In this document: positions 8,464-17,845 of the stretch, in pieces
How positions within the stretch are numbered: the stretch's first letter is position 1
Layout: every line of letters starts with the position of its first letter
IMG/VR virus record: IMGVR_UViG_3300024314_000003
Length of the DNA stretch: 64,000 bases
DNA from: an uncultured virus (IMG/VR IMGVR_UViG_3300024314_000003)
Lineage: Duplodnaviria; Heunggongvirae; Uroviricota; Caudoviricetes
Direction: 5' to 3' (one strand)
The notes under the pieces: model-generated
What the model was told of the DNA's origin: nothing
Databases searched by the model: none
What the model saw: the letters and a program-made list of their open reading frames with translations, nothing else
Made by a program: the position numbers and the translations under genes

Positions 8464-8730
8464 ATGAATAACGTCTTATCAAAAATGATATACTGTGCAC
8501 TAATCGTTAGTGTCATTGCAGCTATCTTTGCAATTCCAGCTGTATTAATAGCTCTCGTATCTTCATTCATTGCATGGATATCCGGATGGTCGTTTGGATG
8601 GATCTTTTCAATAGGAATTACTGTTAATTTTTTAGTAGCTGCACATATACTAGACGATTTGTATACACAAATGCAGAATTTTAAAATAGATCTAGATTTT
8701 AAAGATGAAGAAGACGAAGACCTATTATAA
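8464..8730 (+). CDS. small membrane protein
   Basis: Two hydrophobic helices and an acidic tail; class II promoter at 8410-8436. Confidence 0.7.
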   Translation: MNNVLSKMIYCALIVSVIAAIFAIPAVLIALVSSFIAWISGWSFGWIFSIGITVNFLVAAHILDDLYTQMQNFKIDLDFKDEEDEDLL

Positions 8731-8766
8731 TAACTTAATATTATGATAAGATTAATACAAACTAAA

Positions 8767-8979
8767 ATGGCTAAGAAAACAACACATTGGAAAACCAAAG
8801 ACGTAAATGGTATGAGAATGATGATATGTCAAAACTCAAAACCAACTATGAGTAAATATTCTGAATTTGCACCAGAGAACGGAGAATGCGACGAATGGTC
8901 CGAGGTTGGCACAGATACAACAGCTTCTTTATGTTGGAGATGTACTGGAAGATCAGTAAATAATATTAGATTAAAATAA
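8767..8979 (+). CDS. small Cys-containing (possible Zn-binding) protein
   Basis: Four Cys including CWRC; probable start at 8767 (MAKKTT). Confidence 0.6.
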   Translation: MAKKTTHWKTKDVNGMRMMICQNSKPTMSKYSEFAPENGECDEWSEVGTDTTASLCWRCTGRSVNNIRLK

Positions 8980-9146
8980 TAAGATATTTTAAGATTCTAA
9001 AATTATGATAATATGATATTTTGATATTATCATTTTATTCTACTAATTTATTAAAATATTACATTTCACCCAAATAACATTGATATATAAACCATAAGTT
9101 TTATATTTAAACTTGAACGAATAGCTATACAGAAATAATTTATTTT

Positions 9147-9177
9147 AAGACCAATTCTAACGAATTGGTCTTTTTTT
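9147..9177 (+). terminator. intrinsic terminator
   Basis: AAGACCAATTC-TAAC-GAATTGGTCTT followed by a T-run. Confidence 0.75.
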
Positions 9178-9238
9178 ATCTAAACTTTTAGGAATATCTT
9201 AGTATAATATTAAAGTATTCACATAATCAAAACACATA

Positions 9239-9904
9239 ATGAGTAACAATAGAAAATCTGAAGATGCTTGGCAGATTCTAAGAATTCAGGGAGAATTCAC
9301 AAAGGGGTTTGATACGTTTAATGAATTAGGTCCTTGTGTTTCTGTATTTGGAAGCGCTAGAACATTATCAACAAATCCAATGTATAAAGAAGCTGAGAAA
9401 ATTGGAAAGCTTCTCGTTGAAGCAGGGTTTGGTGTAATCACAGGAGGTGGTCCTGGAATTATGGAAGCTGCAAATAAAGGAGCACATGAAGCATTAGGTA
9501 AAAGTATAGGTGTTGGAATTGAATTACCATTCGAAGCTAGCATGAACGATTACGTTGATTTAGGAGTCGAGAACAGATATTTCTTTACACGAAAAGTAAT
9601 GTTCCTTAAATATTCACAGGCATTTGTTATTTGCCCAGGAGGTGTTGGAACCTTAGATGAGTTATTCGAAGCCATAACACTTGCACAATGCGGACATAAT
9701 GTAAAATATCCTATTGTTCTTGTAGGTAGAGATTATTGGGAAGGTCTCGTAGATTGGATGCAAAATACTTTATGGAAACATGGTGCAATATGTCAAAAAG
9801 ATTTTGATTTATTTAGAGTAGTTGATACTGCAGAAGAAGCAGTGTCTAAAATTACAGAGTATCATAATAAGTTTTCTAAGAATACCGACTCCACCAATTT
9901 CTAA
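9239..9904 (+). CDS. LOG-family (TIGR00730-type) nucleotide phosphoribohydrolase
   Basis: VFGSAR, TGGGPGIMEAAN, FFTRKVMF and PGGVGTLDELFE motifs. Confidence 0.92.
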   Translation: MSNNRKSEDAWQILRIQGEFTKGFDTFNELGPCVSVFGSARTLSTNPMYKEAEKIGKLLVEAGFGVITGGGPGIMEAANKGAHEALGKSIGVGIELPFEASMNDYVDLGVENRYFFTRKVMFLKYSQAFVICPGGVGTLDELFEAITLAQCGHNVKYPIVLVGRDYWEGLVDWMQNTLWKHGAICQKDFDLFRVVDTAEEAVSKITEYHNKFSKNTDSTNF

Positions 9905-9916
9905 TAAATATAATAG

Positions 9917-10372
9917 ATGAAGTTCAGAAGACTTGCTGATAAGTCGCAAATTGATTTAGCGACATATCTGAAACAATACATAAAAAGAAATTCCAATAAT
10001 TCAATTCGAATTTACGTAGGATGTGATTCACATGTAAAGGGTGAGTTTACAACATACGTAAGCACGGTTGTAATTCATGTTGGAAATACTGGATGCCATG
10101 TTCTTTATAAGAAGGAAAAGGTAGAACCTATTCGAGATATGTGGAGAAAGTTATGGGGAGAAGTTGAAAGATCCGTCGAAGTTACACAATATCTTCGGGA
10201 TAATGGGATAAATATACATACAATTGATTTAGACCTCAACCACCAAGAACAACACGCTTCTAATAAAGTAGTTAACGCTGCGATAGGTTATGTTAAGTCT
10301 CTTGGAATTAAAGTAAGAATAAAGCCAGATATCTTACCTGCAATAGCAGCCGCAGATAATCTGTCAAAATAA
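9917..10372 (+). CDS. RNase H-like YkuK/DUF458-family protein
   Basis: IYVGCDSH, KLWGEVERS, IDLDLN and KPD..AA..ADNL motifs. Confidence 0.75.
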   Translation: MKFRRLADKSQIDLATYLKQYIKRNSNNSIRIYVGCDSHVKGEFTTYVSTVVIHVGNTGCHVLYKKEKVEPIRDMWRKLWGEVERSVEVTQYLRDNGINIHTIDLDLNHQEQHASNKVVNAAIGYVKSLGIKVRIKPDILPAIAAADNLSK

Positions 10373-10420
10373 ACAATTCCTAAAAACGGAGTAAAATAAG
10401 TATAACAATTAAATTCTACA

Positions 10421-12424
10421 ATGGCAGAACAATTTGAAAATCCAGGAAAAGGCGGTAAAAGAAAAACACCTTACGTTGATGAGTATGGAGAAGACCTAAC
10501 AGCTGAAGCTGCAAAAGGAAATCTAGATCCTATTATCGGAAGGGAAAAAGAAGTGTATAGAATTTGCCAAATCCTATCGAGAAGAAAGAAGAATAATCCT
10601 ATTATTTTAGGAGATCCTGGTGTAGGTAAGACTGCGTTAGTAGAGGCGATTGCACAAAGAATCGTAGATAAGAAAGTAGCAAGAACTCTTTTAAAGAAAA
10701 GAATAGTTTCTATCAATATTTCTAATATCGTAGCAGGTACAAAATATAGAGGTGAGTTTGAAGAAAGAATGAAACTTATCGTTGAGGAATTAAAGAATAA
10801 CAAAGACATCATTGTTTTTATCGATGAATTACATACAATCGTTGGAGCAGGTGGTGTTAGTGGATCTTTAGACGCTTCAAATATATTAAAACCTGCATTA
10901 GCGAGAGGACAAGTACAATGTATTGGTGCAACTACTTTAGATGAATATAGAGAAAATATTGAAGATGATGGTGCACTTACTAGAAGATTCCAAGAAGTAT
11001 TTATAGATCCACCTAGCGAGGAAGATACTATCGAAATCTTACAAAGAATTAAAGGAAACTATGAAGATTATCATGCAGTTGAATATACTGATGATGCACT
11101 AGAAGCATGTGTCTCTCTTTCTACAAGGTATATTACAAGTAGAGAACTTCCTGATAAGGCTATTGATTTAATGGATGAATCAGGTGCAAAAGTTCACTTA
11201 AGCGAAATCAAAGTACCTGTGCATATTAAAAGAGCGGAGACTGAGGTAGAAGCTTTAACACTTGACAAATTAAAGGCAGTTGAAGAACAAGACTATGAAA
11301 AAGCTGCTCACTTTAGAGATAAAGAAATTCAATCTAAGAATTTAATTGAAAAGAAAATATCTGCATGGGAAAAGTCACTAAGAGATAAAAAGAAAAAAGT
11401 AACAGCCGAAGATATTGCTGAAACTATTTCACAAGCAACAGGAATTCCTGTAACAAGAATGACAGGTGATGAAAGTAAAATAATCCTAGCAATGGAAACA
11501 GAGCTTAAGAAAATGATTATTGGACAAGATCAAGCAGTAGACGCACTCTCTAAGGTAATTAAAAGATCAAGAACTGGTGTATCATCTGCTAAAAAACCTA
11601 TAGGTTCTTTTATGTTCTTAGGACCAACTGGTGTTGGTAAAACAGAAACAGTAAAGGCGATTACTAATTATTACTTTGGATCAGAAGATCATTTAATTAG
11701 AATTGATATGAGCGAATACATGGAAAAGTTTGCAGTATCAAGATTAATTGGTTCTCCTCCTGGATATGTTGGTCATGAAGATGGCGGTCAATTAACAGAA
11801 CAGGTTAGAAGAAGACCTTATTCGGTTGTACTTTTCGATGAAATTGAAAAAGCACACCCTGATGTATTCAATACTTTACTACAAGTATTAGACGAAGGAA
11901 GATTAACAGATTCATTAGGAAGAACAGTTGACTTTACGAATACGATTATCATTATGACATCTAATGTCGGTGCTAAAAAAGTAAGTGAGTTCGGAACGGG
12001 TATTGGATTTGAAACTAAGAAATCTTCAATCGCTGGAAGAAAAGCACACACTGAAGCTATCATCGCAAAGGAACTTAAAAATAAGTTTGCACCGGAATTT
12101 TTAAATAGATTAGATGATGTAGTATTATTCGACCAATTAAAGCATGAAGATATTCTTCAAATTGTTGATATTGAAGTTAGACACCTGGTAATTAGAATGT
12201 TTGATCAGAAATATAATATTAAAGTTACTAAGCAAGCAAAGGAATTCTTAGCAGAAAAAGGATATGATCCTGATTATGGTGCAAGACCCTTGAAGAGAGC
12301 GGTTCAAACTTACATTGAAGATCTTTTAGCGGATGCTATTATTAAAGGAGAAATAGTTAGAGGAGACGAGGTGTACACAATCAATCATACGAAGAAAGAA
12401 GATAAACTTTCTATTAAAAAGTAG
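10421..12424 (+). CDS. clpC: ClpC-type Clp ATPase lacking the N-terminal Clp-repeat domain
   Basis: Two AAA+ modules (GDPGVGKT, GPTGVGKT), UVR-like middle domain (EEQDYEKAAHFRD) and ClpP-docking GIGF loop; 667 aa, starting just before NBD1. Confidence 0.92.
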   Translation: MAEQFENPGKGGKRKTPYVDEYGEDLTAEAAKGNLDPIIGREKEVYRICQILSRRKKNNPIILGDPGVGKTALVEAIAQRIVDKKVARTLLKKRIVSINISNIVAGTKYRGEFEERMKLIVEELKNNKDIIVFIDELHTIVGAGGVSGSLDASNILKPALARGQVQCIGATTLDEYRENIEDDGALTRRFQEVFIDPPSEEDTIEILQRIKGNYEDYHAVEYTDDALEACVSLSTRYITSRELPDKAIDLMDESGAKVHLSEIKVPVHIKRAETEVEALTLDKLKAVEEQDYEKAAHFRDKEIQSKNLIEKKISAWEKSLRDKKKKVTAEDIAETISQATGIPVTRMTGDESKIILAMETELKKMIIGQDQAVDALSKVIKRSRTGVSSAKKPIGSFMFLGPTGVGKTETVKAITNYYFGSEDHLIRIDMSEYMEKFAVSRLIGSPPGYVGHEDGGQLTEQVRRRPYSVVLFDEIEKAHPDVFNTLLQVLDEGRLTDSLGRTVDFTNTIIIMTSNVGAKKVSEFGTGIGFETKKSSIAGRKAHTEAIIAKELKNKFAPEFLNRLDDVVLFDQLKHEDILQIVDIEVRHLVIRMFDQKYNIKVTKQAKEFLAEKGYDPDYGARPLKRAVQTYIEDLLADAIIKGEIVRGDEVYTINHTKKEDKLSIKK

Positions 12425-12451
12425 TATAATAATAAACTAATAACTTATTAA

Positions 12452-13351
12452 ATGAATTTTTCAAGTCAATTCTCAAAAACAATTACAAACATAGACGATA
12501 TAGGAAGTGTATCACAACCACGTGATATGAAAGTAAAGGAATTAGCCCTTACAACTTTACCTATAGATCCTTACATGCCTATTGCTAATTTTGAAAATAG
12601 AAAATTCAACTGGAAATACTTTGCAGGTGAATTAACATGGTATCTACGAAAAGATAACGATGTAGATTATATAGGTCAATTTTCAGGATTCTGGTCTACA
12701 TTAACTAATCCTAATTCAAATGAAATTAACTCAAACTACGGTTCACTATTATTTAATGAACAATTAGAATGGGTTGTAGATTCATTAAAAGCGGATCAAA
12801 ACACGAGACAGGCGATAGCATTTCTTAATCAACCCAAATTTCAGTTTGAAGGTAATAAAGATTTTGTATGTACTATGTACTTAAATTTCTTTATTAGAAA
12901 TAATCAATTGAATATGAAAGTTCAAATGAGATCTAATGATGTGTTCTATGGATTAACGTTTGACGCACCTTTCTTTGCATTCGTTCACCAACATGTTCAT
13001 CTATGGTTAAAAGACACATACCCTGAACTAGACCTAGGAGTATATTACCATTGTGCAGATAACTCTCATTTCTACGAAAGACACTTCGAATTAGCAGCTA
13101 AAATTCAACAAGAAATTATAGAAGATTCTACACAATACGCAATGATAATAGATCAACCATTCTTTACCATTGAAGCGGGTAAGATGCTATTAACAGATCA
13201 TGGATTATCCTTTATAGAAAAAGTAAACGAGACTATAGAAACTGAAAAACCTACACAGAAAGAATTCAGACAAATTCTAGAATCATTCGCAGGTATTATT
13301 AATGAAGAAGAACTCATAGGAAAGGATGGAATACCCGAAATTCAGGATTAA
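12452..13351 (+). CDS. thymidylate-synthase-fold enzyme, possibly dCMP hydroxymethylase
   Basis: Catalytic Cys (FVCT), MRSNDVFYGLTFD and HFYERH; Asp at the position of the ThyA dUMP-specificity Asn. Confidence 0.8.
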   Translation: MNFSSQFSKTITNIDDIGSVSQPRDMKVKELALTTLPIDPYMPIANFENRKFNWKYFAGELTWYLRKDNDVDYIGQFSGFWSTLTNPNSNEINSNYGSLLFNEQLEWVVDSLKADQNTRQAIAFLNQPKFQFEGNKDFVCTMYLNFFIRNNQLNMKVQMRSNDVFYGLTFDAPFFAFVHQHVHLWLKDTYPELDLGVYYHCADNSHFYERHFELAAKIQQEIIEDSTQYAMIIDQPFFTIEAGKMLLTDHGLSFIEKVNETIETEKPTQKEFRQILESFAGIINEEELIGKDGIPEIQD

Positions 13352-13628
13352 CACTAGGACGATGGAACTGGGTTCCTTGGAAGATGGCATAGATGACATT
13401 GTCGGTTTTCATTTAAATATCGTACAACACATAGAAGATACTATTGATGGAATATCAATGAAAGGAAATATACTATGTAAATTGATAGATGAACAAGGAA
13501 ATGAGTATGAATCCCTCTTGGATGAAGATAGATATAATAAGTCTTTGCAAAAATCTCTAGAATTTTTTAAAGAAAGAGAAAATTACGAAAAATGTAAACA
13601 CATCACAGACTTGCTAAATAGAATATAA
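13326..13628 (+). CDS. small protein with C-terminal UVR-like motif
   Basis: FFKERENYEKCKHI. Confidence 0.7.
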   Translation: MEYPKFRINTRTMELGSLEDGIDDIVGFHLNIVQHIEDTIDGISMKGNILCKLIDEQGNEYESLLDEDRYNKSLQKSLEFFKERENYEKCKHITDLLNRI

Positions 13629-13636
13629 ATTCAATA

Positions 13637-14476
13637 ATGAAGTACGGGCTTGAAGGATTTAATAGAGTCGCTAGAACCACATCAAAATGGTTCTCTCGAC
13701 TCTTACGAGTATTCGAGAGACAGAAAAGAATTGACTGGACTAAGTATATTGACGACACCGTAGTTATTCATCTAGCATACAGGAAAGATAGATTAAAAAT
13801 AGCAGAGAAGAGAGCATCTTCCCAAAAACTAAAGGGACGTAAAACATTACTAGATCATTTAAGATTCTTTGACGCAATAGAAGGAAAAAGAATAAAGTGG
13901 TTTTCTAAAAAAATACACATTAACAAATATCCATTTTCATTTCACTGGGAAATAGATCCTTCTCCCGGAATGAAAAATAAATTAAAAAGAAATAATAAGA
14001 TATTATGTTCTTCTGCTGAAACTGGAATCGCATTTTCACACTATAGAATTTGGAAAGAAATTGTAGAGAATAAAACACCAGTCACCCTCATAATGGAAGA
14101 TGACTTTGAATTTTGTCATAAATTTCAAGATAAAATAGAAAGCATATTTGAAAAAGAACTTCCTAATGATTGGGATTTATTGTATCTTTCTAGTTTGCCA
14201 AATCAATTTGGATTTACATGGGATCCTCATTCCCAAAATCTATCACGGTTATATAATGGAGTATGGTGGTTATCTGGTTATGTATTAACATACGAAGGAG
14301 CTAAGAAATTATTAGAAGGTTTGCCTATTGTCGGCCCAGTTGACGTATGGATTAATTATCAATTCAAAAACATGCAAGTGTATATGACTAATCATAATCT
14401 AATAACACAAGGAGATGATACCGAATCTGATAATACTTATTCTTATGTTGAAACATTTAAGGATAACTTAATATAA
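13637..14476 (+). CDS. glycosyltransferase family 25-like
   Basis: VIHLAYRKDR, FFDAIEG, GIAFSHYRIWK, LIMEDDF, DWDLLYL, GYVLTYEGAKKLL and PVD motifs. Confidence 0.85.
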   Translation: MKYGLEGFNRVARTTSKWFSRLLRVFERQKRIDWTKYIDDTVVIHLAYRKDRLKIAEKRASSQKLKGRKTLLDHLRFFDAIEGKRIKWFSKKIHINKYPFSFHWEIDPSPGMKNKLKRNNKILCSSAETGIAFSHYRIWKEIVENKTPVTLIMEDDFEFCHKFQDKIESIFEKELPNDWDLLYLSSLPNQFGFTWDPHSQNLSRLYNGVWWLSGYVLTYEGAKKLLEGLPIVGPVDVWINYQFKNMQVYMTNHNLITQGDDTESDNTYSYVETFKDNLI

Positions 14477-14504
14477 TATTAAAATAATACACACAAAGAA
14501 TTAT

Positions 14505-15173
14505 ATGAATTACGGAAAAGAATTTGAAAAGTATGCGATGAGTGATCATAATGTTTCATCATCTAAATTAAATTACTATGAGAAGCAGATTGAAAACTCG
14601 TTAACTCCATATATCTTAGAAGAAAGAGAGTTAAGAGCTACTCAGATGGATATCTTTTCTAGATTAATGATGGATAGGTTATTATGGGTTGCAGGACCTG
14701 TTAATGATAATATGTCTACGATTGTTCAAGCACAGTTGATGTTTTTAGACTCAGTTGGAGGAACAGATATTACGATGCATATTGATTCTCCAGGTGGAAG
14801 TGTTAAAAGTGGACTTTCAATGGTTGATGTTATGGATTACATTAAGTCAGATATTAAAACAGTAAATACTGGTATGGCTGCATCAATGGGTTCTGTTTTA
14901 TTAGGAGCAGGAACTAAGGGAAAAAGATCTTCACTTAGACATTCTACTACAATGTTACACCAATCCTCTGGTGGATTTAATGGTAATATTCAAGATGCTG
15001 AAATAGATTGGAAAGAATGGCAAAAAGTAAATAAAGAATTATTTAATCTTTTAGGAGAATATTGTGGAAAACCAGCTGACGAAGTAATGAAAGATGCGAC
15101 TAGAGACTTTTGGTTAAATGCAAAAGAAGCTAAAGCTTATGGTATTATTGACGAAATCATCGGGAAATCTTAA
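14505..15173 (+). CDS. clpP: ATP-dependent Clp protease proteolytic subunit
   Basis: IDSPGGSV, GMAASMG (Ser), MLHQ (His), RDFW (Asp); Bacteroidota-type N-terminus. Confidence 0.96.
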   Translation: MNYGKEFEKYAMSDHNVSSSKLNYYEKQIENSLTPYILEERELRATQMDIFSRLMMDRLLWVAGPVNDNMSTIVQAQLMFLDSVGGTDITMHIDSPGGSVKSGLSMVDVMDYIKSDIKTVNTGMAASMGSVLLGAGTKGKRSSLRHSTTMLHQSSGGFNGNIQDAEIDWKEWQKVNKELFNLLGEYCGKPADEVMKDATRDFWLNAKEAKAYGIIDEIIGKS

Positions 15174-15185
15174 TATATAAATTAT

Positions 15186-15383
15186 ATGAAAATTCATATT
15201 TACGTAAAAACGCAAGATTTAGACTCTCTTAATAAGATATTAAGTGATCCTTTTTCGGAGACGACGAAAGAGTTTGAATTTTTAAATACACCGGCAAAAG
15301 ACTTCACCATGATCTCTTTAACCTATGACGAATGGATTAGGTTACAGGATATGGATGCACTAATTACAATACTATCATTATGA
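15186..15383 (+). CDS. hypothetical protein (likely paralog of 32725..32949)
   Basis: IHIYV..DLD.L...ISLTYDEW pattern. Confidence 0.6.
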   Translation: MKIHIYVKTQDLDSLNKILSDPFSETTKEFEFLNTPAKDFTMISLTYDEWIRLQDMDALITILSL

Positions 15384-15691
15384 GAAACAGAGACATTGAA
15401 AGAGAATTATTTATTGAGCTAATCAATCATCAATTAAAAGATCATGGGGTAACCTATGATGATGTTAAGGACAATCCACAATGGTATATGGAATATAAAA
15501 CTACTCAAGAAAAAGAGCAAAAGTTTATAAAGCATATTACAGAAACTGTTGTTAACACATTAGGATTAGACATCAAACAAGCTGAGAAAGAAGCACAGTG
15601 GTTTATTCTACAATGGGGATTAGCAGTTATTCCAACCGAACAAACTCCACCTAAAAAAGCTTCTAAAAAGAAGACATCTTCTAAAAAATAA
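15380..15691 (+). CDS. hypothetical protein
   Basis: 103 aa, ATGA overlap with the upstream ORF, basic tail. Confidence 0.7.
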   Translation: MRNRDIERELFIELINHQLKDHGVTYDDVKDNPQWYMEYKTTQEKEQKFIKHITETVVNTLGLDIKQAEKEAQWFILQWGLAVIPTEQTPPKKASKKKTSSKK

Positions 15692-15723
15692 AATACACGC
15701 GTGGAATTTTAGATAAATATTCC

Positions 15724-16410
15724 ATGAATGTATTAGATCCAAATTGGCTCACTATCGAGCCTCATGATTTTGAATTAAAATACTATAAACTCTTAGCAGC
15801 TGAGAACACTTTTAATAAGATTCTCAAAGATGGAGGCTTAATATCCATACTCGATGAAGTAGAAGATCATCTACTTGAAATGTATAAAATTAAGCACAGG
15901 AAGGAGGAGATAGACGTTAATTTAAGAGTTCTCAAGGGAATCAACCTTGACACAATGTCTTTAGAATATGAATATCCAGAAGGAGATAAACATATAGAAG
16001 ACATGTATAAGCTTTGTGATAAAGCTATAGATATATTAGAAGATATACATAAAAATGTAAGGGTAGTATTTAGATTAGTCGAGAAGGCTATTAACATTAC
16101 AGAAATTCCAGATATTAAAAGAACTAAAAAACTAGGATATGCTTTAGTGAAAACTCCTGAAGATATCATGCAAATATATTCTTTTAAAGTTCCTTCTTTA
16201 TTGACAGAAAACTGGAAAGATTTAAATCTAAAATATGAAGGAGAAACAGTGTATGATATAAGAGCAATTTCTCTTTTTATTACAAAGGTACAAGATGAAA
16301 GTTCTGATTATAGGTTTTTTAGATGCAGTGTTAATTCAGAATTCGATATGAATGAAAGGGTATTGCCAGTATTAAAATTTAAGCTTTACAATCATTTAAG
16401 AGCAAATTAA
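15724..16410 (+). CDS. hypothetical protein
   Basis: 228-aa ORF, co-oriented with neighbours. Confidence 0.7.
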   Translation: MNVLDPNWLTIEPHDFELKYYKLLAAENTFNKILKDGGLISILDEVEDHLLEMYKIKHRKEEIDVNLRVLKGINLDTMSLEYEYPEGDKHIEDMYKLCDKAIDILEDIHKNVRVVFRLVEKAINITEIPDIKRTKKLGYALVKTPEDIMQIYSFKVPSLLTENWKDLNLKYEGETVYDIRAISLFITKVQDESSDYRFFRCSVNSEFDMNERVLPVLKFKLYNHLRAN

Positions 16411-16448
16411 TCAAGATATATAGTTTATAAAAACAAAATAGTTTAAAA

Positions 16449-17675
16449 ATGCCACAGGTTACGCAAGAAGATATTATTGGATATATTGATAACACAATAG
16501 ATGTTATACAGGGAGACTCACAAGTCTACACAGTAAAACTATATAGAGATAGGGTAGGTGGAAATCTTAATACATCACTATATTCTACATTTACTATGAA
16601 TTTATTAGATGAATCGTCTGATTTAATCGCACAATATTCAATGCCTAGAGTATACGGAGTTTCAGGAGATCTTATATTAGTAAATGACGATCCAACTACA
16701 CAGGCTGTTTTTCAATTTGAATTATCAAAACTACAAACATTAAATCTTCCTGCTGGAAAAATATACGTAAACATAGTAGTGACTAATTCTAGAATAGAAC
16801 CTACTAAGGTTTATTCTTTACCTAACATGGAAATTGGATCTATTTTATTTAATGAAAACAGACACGATCCTTCTCTGTATAAATCTACTCAAAGAAGTTC
16901 GGGAATAGGTGTATCTTCGTCCATGGATCCATATTATAAAGTTCAACATATCGATGGTTCAGTTCCTATTGGACAAGGAAGCTTATCTTTAGATTCAGGA
17001 TCCCCTGGTCTAGTAACTAAAATGACATTTATGAATAGTGACTACGATGGAATTAGAGTAAGTGTTTTAGAAAACTTTTTAATTAACAGAATAGATAAAG
17101 ATGGAATTGAAGGTACGATTACATTAATAAACAGAAGCGATACCGCTCAATATTCTATTTTTAATGTAGTAGACTGGTACAGAATCAACTGTTCTTCTGG
17201 AGAATGTATTGACGACATCGATGATGCAATACAGGTTATAGTATCTCACGAAATGTCGACTGAAGGACCTGGTGTATATAAAAATAATTGGCTAGTTACG
17301 GACGAAGTTTCATTTAAACTAGATGTATATGGTTCAGCATTATCTTCAACTGATCTAGGTAAGAAATCTAGCACAGTACTAGATAAAGAATTAATTCCAA
17401 ATAATACATCTGGAAATGTATCTAGAACTGGAGTCATATTATCGGTTACACCGCAAGATGGCCAATACATTGACGTTGAAATTAATGGTATTTCTATTTC
17501 ATTAGGAGACGGAACTAAAAACCTAGATGGTTACTTTTCATCAGATGGAGGAACTACTGCTAGAACATTCCAAGATATCCGAGTAGGTGATGAATTAATC
17601 TTTAACTCGATAGTCGCGGGATATGAGCTCACTGATGAAGATAGAGTCTCTTTATTCTACGAATCTTATTCTTAA
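16449..17675 (+). CDS. putative virion structural protein
   Basis: Class III motif at 16415; C-terminal domain (NG..YFSSDGG..AGYEL) shared with 21818..22594. Confidence 0.6.
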   Translation: MPQVTQEDIIGYIDNTIDVIQGDSQVYTVKLYRDRVGGNLNTSLYSTFTMNLLDESSDLIAQYSMPRVYGVSGDLILVNDDPTTQAVFQFELSKLQTLNLPAGKIYVNIVVTNSRIEPTKVYSLPNMEIGSILFNENRHDPSLYKSTQRSSGIGVSSSMDPYYKVQHIDGSVPIGQGSLSLDSGSPGLVTKMTFMNSDYDGIRVSVLENFLINRIDKDGIEGTITLINRSDTAQYSIFNVVDWYRINCSSGECIDDIDDAIQVIVSHEMSTEGPGVYKNNWLVTDEVSFKLDVYGSALSSTDLGKKSSTVLDKELIPNNTSGNVSRTGVILSVTPQDGQYIDVEINGISISLGDGTKNLDGYFSSDGGTTARTFQDIRVGDELIFNSIVAGYELTDEDRVSLFYESYS

Positions 17676-17845
17676 TAATATATTATCTTAGTATTATAAG
17701 AAAAACGTAAAAACGTAAATACGTAAAATTTAATTAATTTTATTAAGATATTATATACTTTTTTACCCCCCACGAATAAACGTATTAATATATAATCCAA
17801 TCCTACAATAATGTAGGGTGTGCAAAAAATAATTATATAAATAAT

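Noticed and set aside
17700..17822. ACGTAA x3 and a small hairpin (CCTACA-ATAA-TGTAGG) upstream of the fibre gene
   Set aside because: Too short and AT-rich to support a function from sequence alone.
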